The notes beneath the pieces were generated by a model. The model ran no database searches. It saw only the letters and a program-made list of their open reading frames with translations, and had not been told where the DNA came from. From contig JBHGNT010000013.1 of the NCBI GenBank assembly GCA_043228905.1, positions 248,001-312,000 of the forward strand: DNA of 64,000 bases, given 5' to 3'. The DNA is from Azolla caroliniana (lineage: Eukaryota; Plantae; Polypodiophyta). Made by a program: the position numbers and the translations under genes. Shown one piece after another: positions 40,114 through 50,974 of this stretch; position 1 is the stretch's first letter; the number at the start of each line of letters is the position of its first letter.

Positions 40114-40215
40114 TAAATAGCGCTAATGAGCGCGTTGTAGATACAAAGCACAGAGTATTAATATAATCTTGAAAAATAGTGTGTTTTGCTCTCTCACTCT
40201 CTCTGTCTCTCCCGC

Positions 40216-40261
<46 letters not shown>

Positions 40262-40373
40262 GTTCTTTCTAATGCTTCCGCAAGCAATCTTTTACATGGT
40301 ATCAGAGCGTGTGGGTTGAGAACCTCTCCTGCAGACATCTACGCTTGTGAAGAAAACAGACACAAAAGGAGAA

Positions 40374-43300
40374 ATGGACAAAGGTATGGCTACATCACTC
40401 CCGGTGGAGAAGCTTGACAAAACCAACTACGCATCTTGGTCATACAAGATGCACCAGTACCTGCTTGGGCATGGCTATTGGAGTTATGTCGACGGAGTGA
40501 ACGACTCAGCACCGGAGACGACACACAAGGACTTCCCAGTGTGGGAACAGGCGGCAAGCAGGGTGATGTACTGCTTCACGTCCAGTGTCGGTGACCAGCT
40601 GCTCAGCCATATCCGTGACACCAAGACATCGAAGGATGCTTTGAGAAACTTGAAAAAGGTCTTCGCCGCAAGCACCATTGCCTACAAGCTGCAACTCAGA
40701 CAGGAGTTGATCAATGTTTGACAGAAGAACATGTCGGTGGCAAATTACACAGACCGGATCAAAGGGATCTGTGACTCGCTTGCCTCTATTAACGTCACCG
40801 TAGAGGAAGACGAGATGGTGCAGGTCTGTCTTGGAGGCCTGACATCCTAGTTCAGAGCTTTCCAGACTGCGGTTTGTACAAGGGAGAATACGCCCTCATT
40901 TTTTGAGTTACAGTCGATGCTCCTTGTAGAGGAGAACCACGCCGGTGCATCTACCAGTGCATCCCCAGACAACCAGATGCTGTACACGGGAGCGGATCGG
41001 TCTCGCGGGCGTGGTGGATGAGGCAGGTCGGCACGCAATGGAGGCGGCCGACAAGAGCAAGAACGAAGGCATAGTGAGCGTGCCGATAGCAGTTCCAGGA
41101 CTTCCACAAGTAGGGGGAGTCAAGGTGGTACCAGGGGCTAGCAAGACAAACCCGCTACGGAATGCTGGTATTGTGGCAAAAAGGGCCACAAGGAAAGCGA
41201 GTGCTGGAGAAAGCGTGCCGATTCTGACAAATCCGGATCCGGCAAGACCGGTAAGGAAGGCTGACAAAGCTCGCACTACACAAACGGATCGAGAGGATCC
41301 AAGAATGGTAAGAGGCCAGCCTTGGTGATGAAGCACAAGGCAAACTCAATGAAGAAGACCACTTACAAATAGGAGGAAGTGTGGTACGTTGACTCCGGCG
41401 CATCGAACCACATGATGAGCCACGGGGAGTGGTTCTCCTTTTTGGAGAAGCCAGATCAACCAAGAGTTGTCGAAACTAGAGACGACACTCCCCACCCGAT
41501 CGTGCACGTCGGACAAGTCCCTTTGAGCCACATCGGACAGAGGGGGAAGCTGATGAATGTATTACATGTTCCAACGATCACGAAGAACCTGGTGTCGGTC
41601 GGATAGATCGTAGACCAGGGGATGCAGGTGCGGTTTACGCACCTCGGGTGCTTCATTGAGGATGAGGGCGAAGTTATTGCGCAAGGGCGCAGAGATGGGA
41701 GGATGTTTATCCTCAACACCAATGATGTCGGCACCGCACTGTTCGCCAAAGGACAGAAGGTCGAGTCGGATATCGACCTGTGGCACAAGCGCATCGGCCA
41801 CGTCAACTACCGGAGGCTTCAAGACCTGCAAATGGAACAAGTCGTCTTCGGTTTGCCAAAGTTTAGCGGCCGGAGAGCCCAAATTTGTGAAGCCTGCCAA
41901 CTCGGGAAGCAACACCGGCTTCCATTCGGATGTGTGGGGACCGCCACAAAATGTTAGCATTGGCGAGAGTCGATATTTCGTCTCCTTCATCGACGACTAC
42001 ACGCGGCATACGTGGATCTACCTCATTGAGCAGAAGAGCGAAGTCTTCGAGTGTTTCCGGAGCCTCTACAAGATGGTGGAACGAGAATCAGAGAGGAAGA
42101 TCAAATGCCTACGGTCGGATGGCGGAAAAGAGTACTTTTCTGGCCAATTCAACAGCTATCTGCAACAAAATGGATTTCGGCGAGAATTCAACTGCAGATA
42201 CACACTACAACAGAACGGTGTGGCGGAAAGGAAGAATCAGTCACTGATTGACGCGGCTAGGGCAATGCTGGAGGAAAAGAGCATGCCCAATTTCTACTGG
42301 GCGGAGGCGGTCCAAACGGCCGTTTACATCCAAAACCGGATAGGGGACAAGGTGTCAGCTTACGAGCTGTATTTCGGGCGCAAGCCGAATTTGAGACACC
42401 TCCGGATATTCGGCAGCATAGCTATGTACATGTGTTGGATGAGAAGCGGAGAAAGTTGGATGCAAAATCGGAAATATGCATCCTAGTCGGCTATGCTCAA
42501 GAGCAAAAGGGGTATAAGTGTTATAACCCCTGGACGAAGCAGGTCCAAGTCAGCCGAGATGTCCAGTTTGATGAATCGGCATCATGGTATTCCTTATCGA
42601 CTCCGACTTCCGATCCCGACCCGATGTCGGAGGATGGGGCTAGTGAGCCCGAACCGGCCCAGGTAGAGAAAAATGAAGTCGGGACTCAAGATGAGAATCC
42701 GAAATCGTTCCGGTTAAGCAGACCGAATGAGAGACTGGATCAGTCCAACCAGTCGGATGATGAGACGGCGAGTAGTGGAGACTTTGTCATGCTCTCCTCG
42801 CGCAAGGAACCAAGGAGACGGTTCACACGCAAAGAGAAAGGGAAGCAGAAGATGCCGGAATTCGAGACCGGCAATGATGAGTCGGATCGGTGCGTATCTG
42901 ACTTCGACAAGGACATGGGCAGATCTTCGGGAACGAAGACCGAACCGGCCAAGAAGGGTCTCATACTAGGTAACGGTGAGTTACGCCGGTCCACCCGCCA
43001 AAAGGATCCCATTAAACGGTACAGGTATAACGAGTACATGGCGCATCATTATGCGTACATGACCAAGGTCGCGGAAGTGCGTGAGCCGGAGAGCTACGCA
43101 GAAGTGGCAAAGGACGCAAATTGGCGTGCAGCTATGGAGGATGAAATGCGGGCACTGGATGCCAACGGAACTTGGGACCTGGTTGACCCTCCCCGTCACT
43201 GTAAACTGATCGGATGCAAGTGGGTGTACAAGGTAAAGTACAATGCCGACCCATGGAATTGACTACGACGAGACCTTTGCCCCTGTAGCGAAGATGACAA

Positions 43301-44462
43301 CGGTTCGTGTGGTATTGGCAGTTGCTGCGGCAAGGGGGTGGCATCTTCATCAGATGGATGTGAAGAATGCCTTCCTTCAAGGAGATCTTGAAGAAGAAGT
43401 CTTTATGACTCAGCCCCCCGGATTTCAGTCGGAGATGAACAAGTCGGCGGTATGCCTGCTGAGGAAGTCGTTGTATGGCTTGAAGCAAGGCCCCCGTGCT
43501 TGGAATGCTAAGATCACGCACCGGTTGCGAAAGATGGGTTTGTTGCCTCTAAGTCAGACTCTTCCCTGTTCATCCGTCAAGGCTCAAACGGTCCGGTGTG
43601 TATCTTACTCTATGTTGATGATTTAGTCATCACTGGCACAGGTCTTCCGAAAATCAACCGCATCAAGTCCCAGTTGTCGGACGCATTCGATATGAAGGAC
43701 TTGGGGGACCTTCATTATTTTTTGGGGATCGAGGTGATCCGCACCCCCGATGGCATATTGCTTTCTCAACGCCATTATGTGTTGAATATGCTATACAAGT
43801 TCGGCATGACGGAATGCCGACCTGTCTCCACACCCCTGGACTGGAATCAGAAGATCCATCCCAACTCCGGACCAGCCTGCGATGAGAAACGATTCCAACA
43901 AATAGTCGGAAGCCTGATCTACTTGACCATCACCTGACCCGACATTAGCTATCCGGTTGGAGTGGTAAGCCAATTCATGCAGAAGCCGACCGTGGAGCAT
44001 CTTCAGTGCGCGCAACGAATACTGAGGTATGTAAGCGGCACTAAGGACCGAGGCTCTTATACCGGCAAGGTATAACCGAAGAGCTTGTCGGCTACACGGA
44101 TGCCGACTGGGCTGGCGACGCAACGGATCATTGCTCAACCTCCGGCTTTATGTTTTCTCTTGGGAGCGCGGCTTTTGCGTGGAGCAGCAAAAAGCAGCCA
44201 ACAATGGCTCTATCCAGCACTGAGGCTGAATACCGGGGCGCGACCGTTACCACCTGCGAAGCCATTTGGCTTCGGCGACTACTGCAAGACCTGCGGATCG
44301 AGGTACCGACCCCAATCCTGATCTACTGCGATAACCTCAACAACATGCAGCTGGCCAAGAACCCTGTGTTCCATGCTCGCACAAAGCACATAGAAGTGCA
44401 TTATCACTTTGTCCGTGAGCGGGTCCTGAGCGGTGAAGTTGAACTACGGTATGTTCACACGG
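40374..44462 (+). pseudogene. Copia B gag-pol, degenerate; resumes at 51777
   Basis: [28 protein letters not shown] and LYVDDL motifs. RNase H reads VHT|DRQVADIFTK across the insertion. Confidence 0.92.
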
Positions 44463-45328
44463 TGTCGAGATATTTCGCAAGTGCGTGTGGATATGAGGCG
44501 GGACCGCGGGGGCCTCGAACCAAAGAGCAAGCGAGGGAGGAGAAAGAGAGAGAGTCGGCTACGCAGGGCCGGGGATACACAGGGACACGGCCCTTCAGCA
44601 CGGAGAACGCGAACAGACACCGACACAGACAGATGCGAACGACTAAATATGTATATTAACAAAAATGGCTAACACGACTACAACCCTCGATGGGGCTCAG
44701 GTTGGTTACAACCGAACAAGCCGGCGAACAGATGCCGATACTTGTTCGCTTCGATGCACAAAAAGGAATGGGGGGAAGCAGGTCGGAGGTGCTGCCGGAA
44801 GCACTCGGGCGTTCCTCGAAACAGCACGAGCCTCCTCGGAACCCTGCACAGAAAAGCCACGGAGCTCAAGAAGGAAGGAAACAGAGAGAGAAGCGTCCAG
44901 AAATGGTCCGACAGCACTTCGTCCTCTCCGCGCGAGATCCCTGCAACAGCTCTTTCGCGCTCCTTATATAGGCCGACGAGCAGGCCGTCGTGTCAGCTTT
45001 ATTCCCTGTCCCTTTTGGACAGGGATCCGCTCCGTTTTTCACGCATCCGCGTAGTTACGCCGCCGACTCGTACAGTTCGCGCGCGCGACCGAAAAGACTG
45101 TTCGCGCGGTCTTTGTCTCCACTTGAGTTAGGGCCCGTTCCTGCCGATTGTCCTCCTAATTCGCTTCTATGTACAACTTGGAGCGTGCTCGCATGAAGAA
45201 CCGGTTCCCACGCCTTGGTGCGCCGATTCCGCTTAGGGACGGTTTTCTTCACGACATCCGCCCCCACCTAACCGCGCATCCTCCGGTATGCGCCAAGAGA
45301 GTTGGGACGGAGAAAAACCGGCCCGTCT

Positions 45329-48300
45329 TCATTCCTCGCCCGTCGGTTCTTCCTCGTTTTCGGATCGTTCGTCACTGCCGACTAGGAGAGCCGGGTCGGG
45401 CTCGTCGTCGTGTCGCTTCTTGAACGCTTTGATCCGCTTCCCTGCAACCGGTATCGCCATTCTCGTGCCGTCGAGTTCCGCCAGGTGATATGTCCCGTTG
45501 CCATTGGCGCTCCGTACCGCGTAAGGCCCAAACCACCTTCGTGCGAACTTCCGTGTAGCTCGGTGCTGGTTGTCGAGGCTGCTGTCGTAGACGAGCACCC
45601 AGTCACCTTCTTCGATCTTCTTCGGTCGGAGCCGGTGCGTTCGGTCGAACCTGGCTTTGTTCTTTGCCCTCGCCACCCGGAGCCTCTCCGCAGCCAGTTC
45701 CACGTCCTCCGGTCTCCGCTCGAGCTGTCGTATACGCGCGGCCAACAACTCCTCCCGGCTCATCTCGTCCCTCCAGTCGACCGTTGCCCACGAGGAGATC
45801 GTCCGTTCCATCGGCATGATCGGCTTCTGGCCGAACATGAGCTCCGTCGGCATGTACCCGGTTACCGAACTGTGCGTGGTCCGGTCTGCCCACAAAGCAT
45901 AAGGTAGCAGCCGCGGCCAGTTACCGACTTGGCCTCCGCATGCCCGAACCAACGCCTTGACGATCGGTCCGTGTCCGCGCTCCACCTTTCCATTCGCCTC
46001 CGGATTGTACGCAGTGGTGAGCGAGAGCTTGACTCCCAGCCGGTCGAACAGCTCCGCGGCTTCTTCGGCGTCCAACTCCCCTCGGTCAGCCACGATCTTC
46101 CCGACGCACCCGTACCGGCATATCACGTCCTCGATTAGGAACCGACATACGGCCGCGGTCGTTTTGTTCGGGAGGGCTCGGCCTTCCACCTGGTTCGTCA
46201 GATCCTCCCGTGCTAGGACCAGGTACCGCATCTGTCCTACCCCCATTGGCATCGTCACCAGATCTACCATCCATTTGAAGTGGATGGTCGGAGGGTACGT
46301 AGGGTGAAGCTCGTCCCGGTGTCGGACTATGGAGTGCATCTGACAGCTCTCGCAAGTTGTCACGAACCGACGCACGTCCTGGTACTGCCCCGGCCACCAA
46401 TACTTCCCCTTCAGTTTCTCAAACGTAGCCCATGTTCCACGGTGTCCAGCCCAAGGGCTGTCGTGGTAGGCCGTCAGCAGCTCCTCCTGTTCTTCCTTCA
46501 TCGCCACCACCCGGAGCGGAGCGCCGTCCCTCTTCTTCGGGTGCTTCCATAGATAGCCATCCCGGAGGAAGAACCGGTACGCTTTCTTCCGGATCCGGTT
46601 GGCCTCGTCCTTCGTCCATGACGCATCGGGCGTCATTGTCTTCAAAAACCCACCGATCTGCAACCACTCCCCGTCGTACTTGCTCGCGTCGAAGTCGCTA
46701 AGCGCCGGAGTGCTTGTTCCGTCGGTCGTTACATACGTAGTCTCGAAGAAGTCCACGCCGACCTCTTCGTCCTCCGAAACCATGCCGCCCTCATTATCGA
46801 ATCTCGCCCTTGAAAGCATGTCGGCCATGGCGTTGTCTTTCCCGGAAATGTGTCGGATTACCGGGTCTAGGGACTTGATATACGCTATCCACCTGAGCAT
46901 TGCCAGGTCCGGCGTCGCGCATCCGGAAACCATGCCGAGAATCGGCATGCAATCCGTCTCTATGATTACCTCCGTCCCGATCAGATAGTCCTTGTCAGCC
47001 TTCACCGCCGAAACGATACCCCAGAGTTCGCGTTTAACCTGGGCGTATCCTCGCTGTCGTTCGCTGAGGACCTTCGCGCCGAATCGGATCGGAAACCGAT
47101 TGCCATCCTCGTCTTCTTGGTTGACGACCCACCCGATTCCGGTCGGACTCGTGTCAACCGTTATGTACACTGGGGTGCCCTTTCTGTAGACGGCCTTTCG
47201 GAGCGCCGGTGCTGCCGAGAGCGCCTCCTTCAGCTTCCGGACCGACTCCGTGTGCTTGTCTAGCCATTCGAATCTTCGCCCTTTCCTCAATAATCCGTAT
47301 AGCGGCTCCCCAACGTGGGCGTAGTGCGGGATCCATATGTGGTAGAATGCGCATGCCCCCAGGAATCTTCGTACTTCCGTGACCGAGCTGCAGTCGGGCT
47401 TCATCGCGGAGATGGCTTCTACCTTTGCCGGAGACGGTTTCCGGCCATATGGTCCACATAAGTGTCCGACCACCATGATTTCCGACTGTCCGAAGGCTGA
47501 TTTCTCCCCCGAGAAGGTGAGCCTCGCATCCTCTAGCCTTTGCAGCACCTTCTCGCAGTCGTCGATGTGCGCCGTCACGAATCGCCGGCATCCGTCCGGC
47601 CCGATCGTCTCGTCCTTCTCTTCTACCGGGCATCCCTTGATCGGGATGTCGTCTAGAAACGGCATGGTGATGTCCGGGATGCAGTCCCTCAGCACCTTGT
47701 TCATCGCATTCACCATGTGGGCCACCGAGTTGGTCCCTCCTTGCGGCAGCATACACATCCGCACTAGGCCGAGGGGAGTTCGCATCGTCGTAATGTCTCT
47801 GCTTTCCACGGCTAGCTGGAACTGGTCGTACCCTGAGTATAGATCACCGACCGAGTAAATCGACCTTCCGGCGAAGGCCTCCGCGAACTCGTCTATGGTC
47901 GGTCCGATCCCTGCGTTCCGAATGGTCACTCTATTGACCGGCTGCAGGTCCTGAATGAAGCGCAATGATCCGTTTTTCTTTGGCACGGTAAACCAGCGGT
48001 TTGAATACGGGGCGCTCGACGGCTCGAGAATGCCCATATCAACTTTCTGCTTCAACAACTCCATCAACTTCGGGATGTGAGCTCTCGGAACCGAAATTGG
48101 CTTGAGATTCCACGGTACATGCGGTACCGTGAATATCACCATCGGCTCTACGATCGTCGGGTCCACGCACCCGATTTCCTCCGGCGAGAATGCGAAGGCT
48201 TTCCCGTGCCTTCCGAGCATCCTCCGGAACCGGTCTTCCTCCGCCGGCAGTAGGAACCCGCCCCCACCGATCTTCAGCTCGCGGAGCGTCTCGTTGGTGA

Positions 48301-48814
48301 AGGTGTGTCCTATGCAGGCCCGATCTCGTAAGCTGGGGTCCGATGCAACCCCTTTAATCCGGGATTCACTGCCCTCCGGTAAGGGCGCCGCAACTGGCCT
48401 CACCTTCCGGTCCACCGTCTTGTACTTGGTGCTCACTCGGGCCGTCCGTTCCGACTCGAGCCCTCGACCGAAGTCCGCGATGACTTCGTACATTTCTTCG
48501 GAACATACCGGTATCGTCCGGTCTTCGTTAAGGTCTTCTTCGACTACCTTCCCCAGCATTCCCAAGGTGTCGTCGAAAGAGACTGCCTCCACGGCTCCGT
48601 TGATTCCTTCGTCAGGGCCGAGAACTCCGCACGCCCGAAGTCTCCCCTCCGTCTTTGTTTTCTCTCGGCCGGTGATGCCGACCATCGTACATGCTCCGCT
48701 GTCGGAGAAGCAAAATTTCCTACCTATTGTACACGGTTTTATCGTACAGATGTGGGGTTTTCCCGGAGCATCCGGACTGTCGCGGCCCCACGCCTTGGCA
48801 GTCCTCCCTAAAAA
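45329..48814 (-). CDS. pol: Pol (RT, RNase H, integrase) in the -1 frame relative to gag-pro
   Basis: DLYSGYDQ, LPQG and FLDD (RT); VDTS, ELWG and ADMLSR (RNase H); HHCC, D-D-E and GPY (integrase). No chromodomain. The frame is open from the slippery site. Confidence 0.93.
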   Translation of the reverse strand, partial: FLGRTAKAWGRDSPDAPGKPHICTIKPCTIGRKFCFSDSGACTMVGITGREKTKTEGRLRACGVLGPDEGINGAVEAVSFDDTLGMLGKVVEEDLNEDRTIPVCSEEMYEVIADFGRGLESERTARVSTKYKTVDRKVRPVAAPLPEGSESRIKGVASDPSLRDRACIGHTFTNETLRELKIGGGGFLLPAEEDRFRRMLGRHGKAFAFSPEEIGCVDPTIVEPMVIFTVPHVPWNLKPISVPRAHIPKLMELLKQKVDMGILEPSSAPYSNRWFTVPKKNGSLRFIQDLQPVNRVTIRNAGIGPTIDEFAEAFAGRSIYSVGDLYSGYDQFQLAVESRDITTMRTPLGLVRMCMLPQGGTNSVAHMVNAMNKVLRDCIPDITMPFLDDIPIKGCPVEEKDETIGPDGCRRFVTAHIDDCEKVLQRLEDARLTFSGEKSAFGQSEIMVVGHLCGPYGRKPSPAKVEAISAMKPDCSSVTEVRRFLGACAFYHIWIPHYAHVGEPLYGLLRKGRRFEWLDKHTESVRKLKEALSAAPALRKAVYRKGTPVYITVDTSPTGIGWVVNQEDEDGNRFPIRFGAKVLSERQRGYAQVKRELWGIVSAVKADKDYLIGTEVIIETDCMPILGMVSGCATPDLAMLRWIAYIKSLDPVIRHISGKDNAMADMLSRARFDNEGGMVSEDEEVGVDFFETTYVTTDGTSTPALSDFDASKYDGEWLQIGGFLKTMTPDASWTKDEANRIRKKAYRFFLRDGYLWKHPKKRDGAPLRVVAMKEEQEELLTAYHDSPWAGHRGTWATFEKLKGKYWWPGQYQDVRRFVTTCESCQMHSIVRHRDELHPTYPPTIHFKWMVDLVTMPMGVGQMRYLVLAREDLTNQVEGRALPNKTTAAVCRFLIEDVICRYGCVGKIVADRGELDAEEAAELFDRLGVKLSLTTAYNPEANGKVERGHGPIVKALVRACGGQVGNWPRLLPYALWADRTTHSSVTGYMPTELMFGQKPIMPMERTISSWATVDWRDEMSREELLAARIRQLERRPEDVELAAERLRVARAKNKARFDRTHRLRPKKIEEGDWVLVYDSSLDNQHRATRKFARRWFGPYAVRSANGNGTYHLAELDGTRMAIPVAGKRIKAFKKRHDDEPDPALLVGSDERSENEEEPTGEE

Positions 48815-48817
48815 TCC
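48752..48817 (-). promoter_or_regulatory. Candidate -1 ribosomal frameshift signal (G_GAU_UUU, 6-nt spacer, pseudoknot)
   Basis: The heptamer at 48817-48811 is followed directly by the TAG stop. GGACTG/CAGTCC and GTGGGG/CCCCAC can pair. Confidence 0.8.
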
Positions 48818-50934
48818 TCTCGGTTTTCGGAACCGAGGGAATCGCGGTTACGTTCGTGGTTCGGCCGTACCGTCAGGAACTGGACCGAATGGCGCCCGTC
48901 TTGGCTTTTGACCCTTGCGTAGGCCGAACCATTGTCCAGCACTTTGGTCTCCATTCGCGCCGCCGTGATGTACGGCTCTCCCAGAATGACCGGATGCGAA
49001 GACGTCTCCTGCACGAAGAAGTGCTGGTCAATCTCGACGTCGCCGATCTTGACTCGCACATTCGGACAGGCCCCGTGCAGTTCCTCGGTGGCGCGCGTTG
49101 CTGCCCTTATTTTCCACCCGTGCTTGGTGTTGATCGGCCATTTGCCCTTCTTATAGAAGTCCATGGACATCAAATTGATCTCCGATCCGTGGTCCACCAA
49201 AGCTATCACCGGTTCCTGGACATCGCCGATCTTCACCGGGGTTTCCGTGGTCGCTCGGGCCCAGTGTGGTCTCGAATAGTGGCTTTCCGCCCACTCGTCT
49301 CCCAGCGCCATGTCGTCTAGGTGCGTCGTCCGCACTTCCACCGGTCTTTCCGGTTCTGTCTCCGTCGACAGCCTCTTCCGTTTCACCAAGTCCACGATGG
49401 AGTCGTGGAACTCCTTCTTGGCGATTCCCAGCACCTCTCGTAACGACAGCTCCACCTTGCTATCGAGGATCCGTTCCTCCAGGACCTTTCGTAAGTCCGT
49501 GGTCCTTTCTATCTCCGTCCCCAGACGGTACCCGCCCTTCTGGGGTTTATCTTGCGTACCGGCCCCGCCGGCTTCGTCCCGTCGTGGCCCGGACCGGGTC
49601 TCGTATCGTTGTGAGGGCCCGGTCGTCCCGGGTCTCCCCACCCGCTTCTCTTCTACCAGAGCCTCGTAGTTCTGGCAAGCGGCTTCCACGAAGCCCGTCC
49701 TTTCCTCGACCGGGTCGCTCCACCCGGTCATCTCCCGTACCCGTTTCTCCGCACGGTCCGATTCCTCCCCTTTAAGCCTTGCACCGGTAAGGCCTTCCAG
49801 CATCGTCGGCCAGAAGCCGGCTTTGCTTTCCCTTCGGGCCTCGCCGCCCCCGACTCGAATGCCGGCCGACGCCGAGTAGTGGATGGTTTCCGCGTGTCGG
49901 GCCGCCGCCTCTTCCATCAGCCTTTTCATACCGCCTTTTCCGTCGTTTCGGCTCAGGGCCCTTCGGGTGTCGCTGGCATGCACCCGTCCTTCCCACAGGT
50001 ACACCACCCTGTCCCTCAGCGCCTCCGCGAAGTCGCCGCAGTCCTTCCGAATGTGGCCGACTTCATCGCACCACATGCACCTGTTTCCTGCCGCCGGCCG
50101 TCAGTCACGGGCCGGTTCGCCTCCTTCCCTTCGGGCCTGCGCGATTTGGAGGTCCTTTATCGCCTTCGTCAATTCCTCCAGCGCCGCTCCTCCGGTTGAG
50201 CCTCTGAGTACGCCGGTCGAAGTCGAACCGGTTTCCAACCACTCCCGGGTCTCTTCCTTGCGCACCTGAGGCGCTGGTTCGAGCTTCCTTGCTGCGACCG
50301 AGCCCGACCCGGTCGCCCCATTATCCGCCCATTCTCGCCGTTTGTCGAAACGGCCACAGACCTTCCTGACAGCCGCCCAGTCGGTAGTGAGCCCGTCTTC
50401 GGTTTCCAGCAAGAGGCCCACTTGCTCCCGATCCCGCTCGTCGACCGACTTGACAAACAACAAGACCCGGCTCGTGTCCAGGATGGTTCGGTCGAGCGCC
50501 GAAAGGCGCGCAAAGTTTTCCTCGAACTCCCGGAGGAGCGCCGACGCGTTTCTTCCCTTCCCCGGGGACTCCACCCATTCCATGAACCTTCGCTTCGAAA
50601 GCCGGAGCGCGTCGTCCAGCCCGTATTTCTCTAGGAGCCGACCTTCGAACTCCTCCCAGGTACGGCTCTCCGTCCGCACCTCGAGCACCTCCGCATGGAT
50701 GCTCGGCATCGCCACTCGGGGAAATCCGGCAAGACGCCTTTCTTCCGGAATGTCCCGCATCAGCATCTCTGCACCGTAGGACGCCAAATACTTCGTGGCA
50801 TCCTTCCCGTCGAACCGGCCGATCGTGCCGACGACCGCCTCAATAGCTCTGTCGAGGGCACCGGTGCTCTCGCGCGCGTTTACAATCCGATCCACGGCCG
50901 AAGCCATGGCCTCTGCGAGATCCGACCCCCTCAT
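48808..50934 (-). CDS. gag: Gag-zinc knuckle-protease of the young gypsy, with one in-frame TGA at 50101-50103
   Basis: ORFs 50101-51117 and 48808-50076 share a frame. CMWCDEVGHIRKDC is a CCHC knuckle; ALVDHGSEINLM and ILGEPY are protease motifs. The first ATG after the PBS is at 50934. Confidence 0.88.
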
Positions 50935-50956
50935 CTTCTGCTCTTCTGCCGCCTCT

Positions 50957-50974
50957 TTCACGTCGGGTTCACCA
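50957..50974 (-). promoter_or_regulatory. tRNA-Trp primer-binding site
   Basis: TGGTGAACCCGACGTGAA lies 4 nt after the 5' LTR. It is complementary to the plant cytosolic tRNA-Trp 3' end as I recall it (...UUCACGUCGGGUUCACCA). Confidence 0.88.

Noticed and set aside
44665-45131. ORFs repeated at 51181-51647
   Set aside because: They lie within the two LTR copies, and nothing supports coding.
45257-45328. env-like gene in the young gypsy
   Set aside because: Only about 70 bp separate the pol stop from the 3' LTR.
45382-50779. Antisense and alternate-frame ORFs over the young gypsy
   Set aside because: They are shadows of GC-rich coding sequence and have no recognisable motifs.
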